Virus record (IMG/VR): IMGVR_UViG_3300044693_000183
DNA: 64,000 nt
Reading direction: 5' to 3' (one strand)
Origin: an uncultured virus (IMG/VR IMGVR_UViG_3300044693_000183)
Taxonomy: Duplodnaviria > Heunggongvirae > Uroviricota > Caudoviricetes
Under the pieces are notes generated by a model. It was not told the DNA's origin. It did not search any database and saw nothing but the letters and a program-made list of their open reading frames with translations. A program made the translations under genes and the position numbers. This document shows, piece after piece, positions 56,753-64,000 of this stretch. Numbering within the stretch: position 1 is the stretch's first letter; every line of letters starts with the position of its first letter.

Positions 56753-58726
56753 CTATGTCACCACGCTTCCCGCTGACCAACTGGAGGGTTGAAGAGATGC
56801 AGCCCAGTTTGTGGATATGCCGCCCACGGTGAAGTCCTTCGGCGGTGGTAGTACCACTACGTCGGTGGCGGCTGCCGTGTCCATGCAGGTACGCAGCAGC
56901 GTCATGCTGGTACGGGACGCGGCGTCCGCAGCTGCGGCGGTGTCGGGGATGATGTGAACTAGTTGGATGCTGCGTGTCACGCTGTCGCTCACCGCGGCCG
57001 TGTCTGTGCACGAGCGCGCAGAGCTGTGTGTCCGCGACGTGGCATCCGATGCCGCAGCGGTGTCGGTGGTGGCACGAGCAAGCAAGACAGGAGTCCTGCC
57101 GGCCGTGTCGGTGGCGGCTGCCGTGTCCGAGACAGCCCTGTGTTCCGTGTTGGCTGAGGTGACCGTGTCTGCGGCTGGCGCGGTGTCACTGGCGGTACGC
57201 GCCAGTGGCATAGTGCGCGTCACGCCATCAGTAGCAGGGGCACTATCAGCAGTGGGCCGTGAGGAGACGACCACGCGCTGCACGCTGTCCGTAGCTGGTG
57301 CTGTGTTCGCCGCGCCCCGGGCGAAGCTCGCGACGCGCACCACCGCATCCGACGCGGCAGTAGTGTCCGTGACCGCACGACCACCCGCGAGCAGCCGCAC
57401 AACCGAATCCGTGGCGGGCGTGGTGTCGGGGACGGAGCGGCTAGCCGACTCGACCGATGCCGCCGAGTCCAGCGCTGGCGCAGCATCGGCGATGGCGAGA
57501 GTGACGCGGGTCGTGCGGGTAACACTGTCCCCAGCTGGGGCTGTGTCAACCACAGACCCGGCGTGGGCGGTGGACCACGCGACCATGTCCGTAGCCGCAG
57601 CGGTGTCGCTCGTGGTCCTCGACAGGGACAACGGTGGCCGGGTAACCGTGTCTGTGGCGGGCGCCGCATCGCTGGTAGCTCGCGGCGAGGACGTTGACCG
57701 TGTGACTGCGTCGCTGGCGGCAGCAGTGTCCGCGGCTGATCGGGTGGTCGTGATCGTGTGCACCGCAGCGTCGGTTGCTGCGGCAGTGTCGCTCGCCGCC
57801 CGAACGTGGGCGGTCGTGGCTGTGACGCTGTCCGTGGCGGGTGCCGCATCACTGGCAGCGCGGGCGGCAGTGGTGGCGCGAGCAACAGTGTCCAGCGCTG
57901 GTGCCGTGTCGCTGGTTGTACGCGTCAACGGCATGGCACGCGCAACAGCATCGGCGGCCGGGGCCGTGTCGGCTGCTGTCCTAGTCCCCGAAGTGGTCGA
58001 AACGACCGTGTCCGTGGCCGCAGCGGTATCGGGGATTGTGCGCGTCAGCGAAAAGGAACGCACCACGCCATCGGCAGCGGGTGTCGTGTCGGTGGCGGAC
58101 CTGTTGCCGGATACAGCCGAGGCGACCGTGTCCGCGGCTGGGGCTGTGTCGGCTGCTGTCTGGTGGAGATTGATGGCGCGCGCCACCGTGTCCACAGCAG
58201 CAGCGGTATCGGCAACTGCGTGCACCAGGGCGATGGAGCGGGTTACCGCATCCGTAGCCCCAGCAGTGTCAGAGACAGTGCGGGCGGCGGTGATGGTGCT
58301 GGTGATCGCGTCGCTAGCTGGGGTGGTGTCCGCAGTCGACCGAGCAGCGAGCCCCAGAGTGCGGCTCACCGTGTCCGATGCGGCAGCAGTGTCCGGGCAC
58401 GCTCTGTTGGAGCTGGCGGACCGGCTCACCGCATCGGTTGCCGCGGCGGTATCCGATGCTGTCCGGCTAGCGCTGATCGAGCTGGCGACACTATCTGCGG
58501 AGGGTGCCGTGTCTGAGATGGACCGGGCGGCCGCCACTGCCCTGCTGACACTGTCGACGGCGGCTGCGGTGTCTGACACGCCCTGCGTGAGTGCCGCAGC
58601 ACGGGACACAGCGTCAGTAGCCGACGCAGTATCCGCCGCGGTAGCCACATACAGCACGCCCGGTTTAGGGCCAGCTATGAGGACATGCTTGCCGGGGTAG
58701 GAACGGCCGAGGCGTGCCATCGGCAC
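56753..58726 (-). CDS. Thr/Ala/Asp-rich tandem-repeat protein, putative fibre
   Basis: About 26 repeats of 23-24 aa, consensus R..DTA.A.D.V.R; GGAGG RBS. Confidence 0.85.
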   Translation of the reverse strand: MPMARLGRSYPGKHVLIAGPKPGVLYVATAADTASATDAVSRAAALTQGVSDTAAAVDSVSRAVAAARSISDTAPSADSVASSISASRTASDTAAATDAVSRSASSNRACPDTAAASDTVSRTLGLAARSTADTTPASDAITSTITAARTVSDTAGATDAVTRSIALVHAVADTAAAVDTVARAINLHQTAADTAPAADTVASAVSGNRSATDTTPAADGVVRSFSLTRTIPDTAAATDTVVSTTSGTRTAADTAPAADAVARAMPLTRTTSDTAPALDTVARATTAARAASDAAPATDSVTATTAHVRAASDTAAATDAAVHTITTTRSAADTAAASDAVTRSTSSPRATSDAAPATDTVTRPPLSLSRTTSDTAAATDMVAWSTAHAGSVVDTAPAGDSVTRTTRVTLAIADAAPALDSAASVESASRSVPDTTPATDSVVRLLAGGRAVTDTTAASDAVVRVASFARGAANTAPATDSVQRVVVSSRPTADSAPATDGVTRTMPLARTASDTAPAADTVTSANTEHRAVSDTAAATDTAGRTPVLLARATTDTAAASDATSRTHSSARSCTDTAAVSDSVTRSIQLVHIIPDTAAAADAASRTSMTLLRTCMDTAAATDVVVLPPPKDFTVGGISTNWAASLQPSSWSAGSVVT

Positions 58727-58767
58727 CTCCTAGCGCGTTCTGACCGGCAAGGTTAAAGCAAGCTTTG

Positions 58768-59265
58768 CTACTCCTCCCAGGTCACAAACGTCCAGCACCC
58801 GACCGAAGCGGCCGCCGTGACCCTGACCCGCAAAAACTTACTCACAGGCAGCTGTGCCTCCCGGCCTAACGGCCACTGCTTGACATACAACCCCGTAGGG
58901 GCCAGCAGCTGGGCATCGAACGTCCTGGTCGTGGTGATCGACCCCTCGGCCGTGGCCGTGTAGCCCGTCGCGGAAGCGCCTAAGGTGACCGTGGAAGCTG
59001 GCGCGTTCGGGTCGTCGTAGGGCTGCACCCCGCTGGCGACATGCGCTGTAACAGTGGCGGCAACGTCCGTCTGGATCAGCTCGACCTGGATCGGCGTAGC
59101 GGCAGCCGAGCCGTCGAAGCTGATACCCCACTCGACAATCTTCAACGGTCGAGTCGCCGAGGATGCGATCTGCAGCATGGTCTTGATGGACGTGCCGGTG
59201 GCGACCTTCGCGAGAGCGGAGGTGGTGGCCATCGGCCCGTTCGCGGCCCAGTACAGGGTAGCCAT
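58768..59265 (-). CDS. Hypothetical beta-rich protein, putative virion accessory
   Basis: EWGISFDG..PI.VEL..LRVRVT..WEE; GGGAGG RBS. Confidence 0.75.
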   Translation of the reverse strand: MATLYWAANGPMATTSALAKVATGTSIKTMLQIASSATRPLKIVEWGISFDGSAAATPIQVELIQTDVAATVTAHVASGVQPYDDPNAPASTVTLGASATGYTATAEGSITTTRTFDAQLLAPTGLYVKQWPLGREAQLPVSKFLRVRVTAAASVGCWTFVTWEE

Positions 59266-59324
59266 CGCCGCCCCTCCCTATCGGTCAGCGCAGAAGTCAA
59301 GAGAAAGGCGAATATGAATAAAGC

Positions 59325-59942
59325 TCACATGCTTACCGTCTGTGTGATCGTCAGGGCATCCCCAGACGCGGACAGAGTCGCGGTGGCGGACAGCAGCGTC
59401 TCGTGCAGCATCTGCCCCGAGGTGATGCTGTTGAACGTGCCGATCTTCGCAACCGTCACCGGCAGGCTGTCTGAGCCGTTCGCGGTGAACGTTCCCGTCA
59501 GCGTGTACGCGTTCGTACCGGCAGTGTGGGCATACGTCGCGAGCTTCCGCACCAGGCCACCACCGCTCGTGGTGATCTCCCCTGTCAGGGCCGTGTCCGT
59601 CGCCGCCGGGGCCGTCGAGTTCGCCGTCAGCGCCATGTACCACACCGGGGCACCGCCCGGCAGGATCACATACGCGCCAGTGGCGGGGGTGGATGCCGCA
59701 GCACCGCCCGGAGACGCAGGCGTATACCAGCGGTCCACAGTGAGCGCCGTCGCCGTGTTCGACACGACCACGCCATACACGCTGCCCGTCGCCACCAAGT
59801 GACCGGTCCAAGCGTTCGTCGTCCACGACTTGCCGGAGTCAGTCAAGGTCGTGGCGGTCGTGCCGGTCGAGGTGCCAGTGTCGCCAGCGAGGTCTCCGCC
59901 GAGGTTGCGGGCCTCGATGTCGTTGCCGCTGTTGGTCTTCAC
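59325..59942 (-). CDS. Putative virion structural protein
   Basis: TLTDSGKSWTTNAW, ALT..TAPAATDTALTGEI, GDALTIT.T. Confidence 0.75.
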   Translation of the reverse strand: MKTNSGNDIEARNLGGDLAGDTGTSTGTTATTLTDSGKSWTTNAWTGHLVATGSVYGVVVSNTATALTVDRWYTPASPGGAAASTPATGAYVILPGGAPVWYMALTANSTAPAATDTALTGEITTSGGGLVRKLATYAHTAGTNAYTLTGTFTANGSDSLPVTVAKIGTFNSITSGQMLHETLLSATATLSASGDALTITQTVSM

Positions 59943-60202
59943 GGGGTGTCGTCCTCCCAGTCATCGGGTCGTCCGACGGCGATCCCGTAGTGAGCTGCTA
60001 TCCGAGCGGCGAAGTCTGGGTCGTCTGCCTCGACCCAGTCGGGTGCGGGTGCTGTGCTGTGGTTCGCCCACACCCCATCAAGGCCAGTGATGGCGAGGAA
60101 CTCCTCATCAGGTGTGAGGCCATCAGGGATGATGGCTGTAGTGATCCGCGCAGCCGGCTCGGGTAGGCCCCGCGGGCTGCTGTTGCCGAGTAGAACTCGC
60201 AT
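59939..60202 (-). CDS. Hypothetical protein
   Basis: GVWANHS..PDWVE.DD; overlaps next gene. Confidence 0.7.
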   Translation of the reverse strand: MRVLLGNSSPRGLPEPAARITTAIIPDGLTPDEEFLAITGLDGVWANHSTAPAPDWVEADDPDFAARIAAHYGIAVGRPDDWEDDTP

Positions 60203-60223
60203 GTGCCGGGGTTTCCCGTCTAG

Positions 60224-60922
60224 CTAGTAGGTGGCGGCGCGGCGCACGGCCTGCCGGACGATCACGGGCTGCGGGAAGATGGCGGCGGCGGGGAGCACTT
60301 CCATGGCGGCGATCTCGTACGTGTCCGAGTTGCCCGTGGTGAACCCGAACGTCGTCGCGCCCGGCGAGCTCGTGGCCGCCGCGCCTTTGAACGAGCTGTA
60401 CGTCTCCACCTCGGACGTGTCCTGAAACCAGGAGATCACCGAGGTGTTCGCGTTGGCGGTCAGCTGGGCCTGCGCGGTCGCGTTATCGCCGAGCACCCCA
60501 TACACCCAGGAACCGGCCTGGGTGGTCGTCACACTCACGGTGGGGGTGACGCCGCTGGTGGACCCTGTCGCACCGGTCTGCGTGGGAGAGCAGCCCGTGA
60601 GGACCCGGACGGTGAGGAGCTGGCCGGCGCCACCGTTGGTGGGGGTCGCGGTGACAGTGATCGACCCGGGCGCGCTAGCCAGGTACGTCCACCAGACCTC
60701 TGAGGTGGGGACACCGGTAGCGTTCTGGCGTTTCCCGAGTGTCCACGTGTGACTGCCCGAGTCAGACAGGGCGAGGGTGCAGGTGCCCGAGGCGGGGCCG
60801 AAGGATGCCAACGCGACTAGCAGGCTGCCAGCCGGTGGGGAGAACGACGCGGTAGTCAGTGCCGAGCTGGACGCCGCGGCGGTGACTGTCGCGGGGCTGG
60901 AGGCGTCCTCAGCGATAGCCAT
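60224..60922 (-). CDS. Ser/Thr-rich beta protein, putative virion accessory
   Basis: TTASFSPPAGSLLVA..WT..; tail VRQAVRRAATY. Confidence 0.75.
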   Translation of the reverse strand: MAIAEDASSPATVTAAASSSALTTASFSPPAGSLLVALASFGPASGTCTLALSDSGSHTWTLGKRQNATGVPTSEVWWTYLASAPGSITVTATPTNGGAGQLLTVRVLTGCSPTQTGATGSTSGVTPTVSVTTTQAGSWVYGVLGDNATAQAQLTANANTSVISWFQDTSEVETYSSFKGAAATSSPGATTFGFTTGNSDTYEIAAMEVLPAAAIFPQPVIVRQAVRRAATY

Positions 60923-60949
60923 GCTCCGCCCCTTCTTGCCGTGGCGGGG

Positions 60950-61170
60950 TTTGTGGCTGGCCGGACCGGTGTGGGATGCCCGGCCAGCCACGATGGGACC
61001 CGGTTGGCTTCAGTTGGCCCTGAAGTTACAGCGAGTACATTACCTATCACCGTGGGTTCAGGGAGCACTGAAGGTGGCCAACCGCGCACCACTGGTCAGG
61101 CAGCACGCGACAGTCCACAACAGCGACAGAAGGAAGGGCCTGCCTGCCCAGCGCCGCTACTGGGCAGGCA
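60950..61170 (-). promoter_or_regulatory. Structured late leader: stacked hairpins including CUGACCA and CCCACACCG loops
   Basis: Stems at 61143-61168, 61083-61109, 61002-61083, 60953-60991. Confidence 0.6.
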
Positions 61171-61176
61171 GGAGTC

Positions 61177-61649
61177 TCAACAGGACACCGACTCCAGGAC
61201 TGCGCGGTCATCGAGGCGGGCCACCATGTGACTCGGGCCCGCGTCGAGTACCTCCCGGAGGTGGGCGCACAGCCAGTCCCCCTCAGCCACGAACGCCTTG
61301 CATGGGATGCAGTAGCCGACCGCGTGCCGGCTGGGCTGCGGAAGGCGCTTGCCTTTCATCGCCTGCTCGGCGGCGGTCACCGTCAAGACGTGCTCGCTGC
61401 TCAACCGTCCTCCTCCATGCGCTCGTGCCTGGTGGCGTCCTGTCGGCGGACGGTGTCGTGGAGGCCGGAGATCATGCGCTTCAGCTCGGCGTGGCCCTGC
61501 GCCAGCTCGGCGTGGCGGCGCTTGTGGACCCGATGCCACACCCACGCCAAGAGCGCAACGGCCGGGGACCAGATGAGACTCGCGACGAGGTTCGGGTAGA
61601 CGCTGTCCCAGCCGGGCCAGATCGCGGCCCACAAACCGGGCCAGTCCAT
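61177..61649 (-). CDS. Two small ORFs (61401-61649 membrane protein; 61177-61404)
   Basis: GGGAGG RBS; YPNLVASLIW TM segment; TTGA overlap. Confidence 0.6.
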
Positions 61650-61685
61650 TCCGGCCTCCCAGCGTCATCATGGGGTCAGGAAACA

Positions 61686-61721
61686 CCTCAGCCCCCGGGA
61701 AGTAGACACCGGGGGCTGAGG
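61686..61721 (-). terminator. Strong hairpin/terminator
   Basis: CCTCAGCCCCCGG...CCGGGGGCTGAGG. Confidence 0.65.
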
Positions 61722-61766
61722 TGAAAAACAGGATTTGGGCGCGCGGGAACAACCCGCGACTGGATC

Positions 61767-62660
61767 TTACGCGACGGATTCGACCCCACGCAACAGTGCC
61801 TGCCGCTTCTCGTGCACCCGGATAGCGGAGTGCTTCGCGCGCTCCACAATGTCCCCGAGCCGATACAGCGGGGTGCCCTCCGCCGTGTGCCCAGCCACCT
61901 CCAGCCGGGGCTGATTGGCCCGCGGGTAGTTGGCCCACGAGCGGATAGTCTTCACGTTCAGCTCCCTGCCCAGCAGTGCGGGAATGGCGCGGGACGCCTC
62001 AGCGGCGGTGAGGACATACGCCCGCGCTTTCTCTAGGAGCCATTCGCGGCGCTCCCACGCGTCATACTCGGCCTGGCAGTCGGCGCACCTCGCGACGGAC
62101 TTGTCTAGCCAGCCCCACACCTGGCCACCACAGTCGGGGTGGCACGGCCCGCAGTAGCGGCGCTCCGCAGGGCGGTCGATCACGCGCTCTACGGCGGTGA
62201 CTGCGGCGAGGATGGCGGCTACGGCCTGCCCGGCTATCTCCATGGACGCGATGGACCACACGTGGTCTGTCAGCCACTCCGCCGCGTCCGCCAGGCCGGG
62301 GAACAGGGTGGTGAGGGTGAGGTTGTGGTAGCCGGCGGTCGTGATCACCCAGTCCACGAGGGTCGCGTGCAGCTGCTCTTTCACGGTGGCGGCGAACTCG
62401 TTCCACGGCAAGCCCAGCTCCCCGCCTGATGCGCCTGGTAGGCCGGTGTTGCGGGACCGGATCCTGGCTTGTCCGGTGATGGTGGCTTCAAGCTCGTCCA
62501 AAAGGGACCTGCCCCGTTCCCCTGAGCTACTGGGGGCGTTGGTTGCGGTCAGCTTCCACAGGGCGTGACGCAGCTTGCTGATGCAGTTAAGGCAGATGTA
62601 GGCGTCGTCGGGTCTGGGTGCCGTGCATGAGACGCAAAGTTGATCTATGGCGGTGGGCAT
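61767..62660 (-). CDS. Putative late-gene transcriptional regulator
   Basis: N-terminal CxxC pairs, IDRP..GPC..C..CxxC, C-terminal TIRSWA..LYRLGD HTH; directly upstream of late genes. Confidence 0.7.
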   Translation of the reverse strand: MPTAIDQLCVSCTAPRPDDAYICLNCISKLRHALWKLTATNAPSSSGERGRSLLDELEATITGQARIRSRNTGLPGASGGELGLPWNEFAATVKEQLHATLVDWVITTAGYHNLTLTTLFPGLADAAEWLTDHVWSIASMEIAGQAVAAILAAVTAVERVIDRPAERRYCGPCHPDCGGQVWGWLDKSVARCADCQAEYDAWERREWLLEKARAYVLTAAEASRAIPALLGRELNVKTIRSWANYPRANQPRLEVAGHTAEGTPLYRLGDIVERAKHSAIRVHEKRQALLRGVESVA

Positions 62661-62761
62661 GGTCAGGGCCCTCCCGAAGGGGTTACGCGGTGTGGGTGTT
62701 GTGCTGGTCAACACCGAGCGTAACCCCTCGGGTGGTCCGATAGGGGAAGCAACCCGCCAAA

Positions 62762-63223
62762 TCAGCGGGATGACCGCTTCCACCTCAGGTTCTCCGATAT
62801 CCCATGGTGGTACCAGACCTGCTGGTAGTGGTTTTGACACAGCCCTCGCACGCGGACTGGTTCCTCGCATTCGGGCCGACGGCACACCACCCGATCAGCA
62901 TCGGCGTACCGCTTGTAGTGTGCGACGCAGTAACCGCGGGCACGGTGCGGTTTCCCACAGTCGGGAACCTGGCAGGTCGTGGTGCCGTATGTGGAGGTTG
63001 CCTCGCCGGGGTCACCAGTGCGACGCCACCGGTGGTAGTGCATGGAGCAGAGTTTGCGTGCGTGCACGTGCTCCTCGCAGCCCGGGACCCGGCATTCATG
63101 GTCGTGCCGTGGTATCCGGCCGGAGCGGCGCCACTTCTCGTAGTGGCGTTTGCACAGTCCGCGTGCGACCACCGGATCCGGGCATTCCTCGACCGAGCAG
63201 TCTTCCGTGGTGTTGCGGCTCAC
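62762..63223 (-). CDS. Protein made of four C-x4-C-x9-C-x2-HY zinc-finger repeats
   Basis: ARGLCKRHY, ARKLCSMHY, ARGYCVAHY, VRGLCQNHY. Confidence 0.8.
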   Translation of the reverse strand: MSRNTTEDCSVEECPDPVVARGLCKRHYEKWRRSGRIPRHDHECRVPGCEEHVHARKLCSMHYHRWRRTGDPGEATSTYGTTTCQVPDCGKPHRARGYCVAHYKRYADADRVVCRRPECEEPVRVRGLCQNHYQQVWYHHGISENLRWKRSSR

Positions 63224-63504
63224 GGCTGGCGCGCCCGCATGAGGAGCTGCTGCACTCGCGGCTTGGTGAGTCCGATGTGGTCGGCGGCCTGCTGGTAGGA
63301 CAGGCCGGTGTTGCACAGCTGTTGTACCGCTGCGGCCCGGAGCTGGCCGAGCTGGTCGACGACGGCGGTGTGGAGGGCCTGCATCTTGGTGGCCTGGATG
63401 TACATCAAGGTGGGGTCGGCGAGGTCGTCGGTGTCGAACAGCCCGTCGAGGATGGCTTTGACGTCGCGCGGGTCGGGTTCGTAGCCGTCGATGATGGTGG
63501 TCAC
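63220..63504 (-). CDS. HTH protein
   Basis: GLSYQQAADHIGLTKPRVQQL. Confidence 0.8.
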   Translation of the reverse strand: MTTIIDGYEPDPRDVKAILDGLFDTDDLADPTLMYIQATKMQALHTAVVDQLGQLRAAAVQQLCNTGLSYQQAADHIGLTKPRVQQLLMRARQP

Positions 63505-63899
63505 AGGGCACCGTCCACATCGAAGCCGAGGTAGTCGACGACCTCGCGCGGCAACTCGGTGCGCAGCGAGGCTGCGGCCTGGTAGGTGTCGCCGTCGTAC
63601 TCGCGGCGGACAGTGTTCCAGTCGATGCCGTACAGCTCGCACAGGTCGGAGATCTCGACCCGGGGAATGGGGACCTCGATGCCCTCGCGGTTCCACAGGC
63701 GGTCGACGGCGGCAATGCGGTGGGAGCCGGTGAGGGCCTGCTCGCCGTCGACGACGATCGGCACCCCCTGCCAGCCGGTGGCCTCCATGCTGTCCATGAG
63801 CGCGGCAACCTTGGTGGGGTCGTATATCTCGTGCAACTGGTCGACGCCGAAGCTGCGGGTTTCGGTGATGGACTCGATGGCCTCTTCGATGGTCTGCAC
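63501..63899 (-). CDS. ParB/Srx-like N-terminal domain protein
   Basis: KVAALMDSM..GWQGVPIVV..LTGSHRIAA. Confidence 0.75.
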   Translation of the reverse strand: MQTIEEAIESITETRSFGVDQLHEIYDPTKVAALMDSMEATGWQGVPIVVDGEQALTGSHRIAAVDRLWNREGIEVPIPRVEISDLCELYGIDWNTVRREYDGDTYQAAASLRTELPREVVDYLGFDVDGAL

Positions 63900-63914
63900 T
63901 GCAACCTCCCATGT

Positions 63915-63967
63915 CGTATAGGCCCACTATACGGCAAGGAGATGAGCGCGTCTAGCCCCTCTATACG
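63915..63967 (-). promoter_or_regulatory. Promoter with CGTATAG operator repeats
   Basis: TAGACG-17-TATAGT (63954-63926); CGTATAG/CTATACG at 63915, 63927, 63961. Confidence 0.7.
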
Positions 63968-64000
63968 ATCGGTGCCGTGGCAACCCCGACTGTAACCGAC

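Larger units (their letters stand above)
1..64000. mobile_element. Actinobacterial siphovirus genome/prophage, HK97-type head, long non-contractile tail
   Basis: Complete terminase-portal-protease-capsid-neck-tail-TMP-lysis gene order; WhiB genes; high GC; no host housekeeping genes. Confidence 0.96.

Noticed and set aside
56967..58700. 577-aa plus-strand ORF
   Set aside because: Antisense shadow of the repeat protein; no RBS and against operon direction

Overview
The whole window is a high-GC actinobacterial siphovirus (phage or prophage). No host genes or genome ends are evident. Layout: (i) a short leftward early operon (3.4 kb to the window start: small HTH, WhiB, LuxR-type HTH, GH26 glycosidase); (ii) a divergent promoter switch at ~3.42-3.47 kb; (iii) a long rightward early/accessory region (3.5-28.1 kb) with a Sak4-like ATPase, SSB, SLOG protein, HNH, DUF6745 pair, second WhiB, resolvase, thymidine kinase, Cre-like tyrosine recombinase and many small ORFs; (iv) a minus-strand late region (63.9 to 28.2 kb) with regulators, a pre-terminase block of Thr/Ala-rich putative virion proteins, DNA methyltransferase, HNH, terminases, portal, protease, HK97-type capsid, neck, tail, tape measure, tail tip and lysis genes. 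The strongest unexplained signal is non-coding: a dispersed leader element made of a hairpin with a constant CUGACCA loop on covarying stems (with G-U pairs), usually followed by CCCACACCG and an RBS, always in the transcribed orientation. Other candidates are a ~1.2 kb hairpin-dense ORF-poor region, a tRNA-like element lacking its anticodon arm, a +1-type tail chaperone frameshift, a Cys-less papain-like lysis gene and a G9 tract in the methyltransferase. All family assignments come from motif recognition by eye; no searches or folding programs were run.
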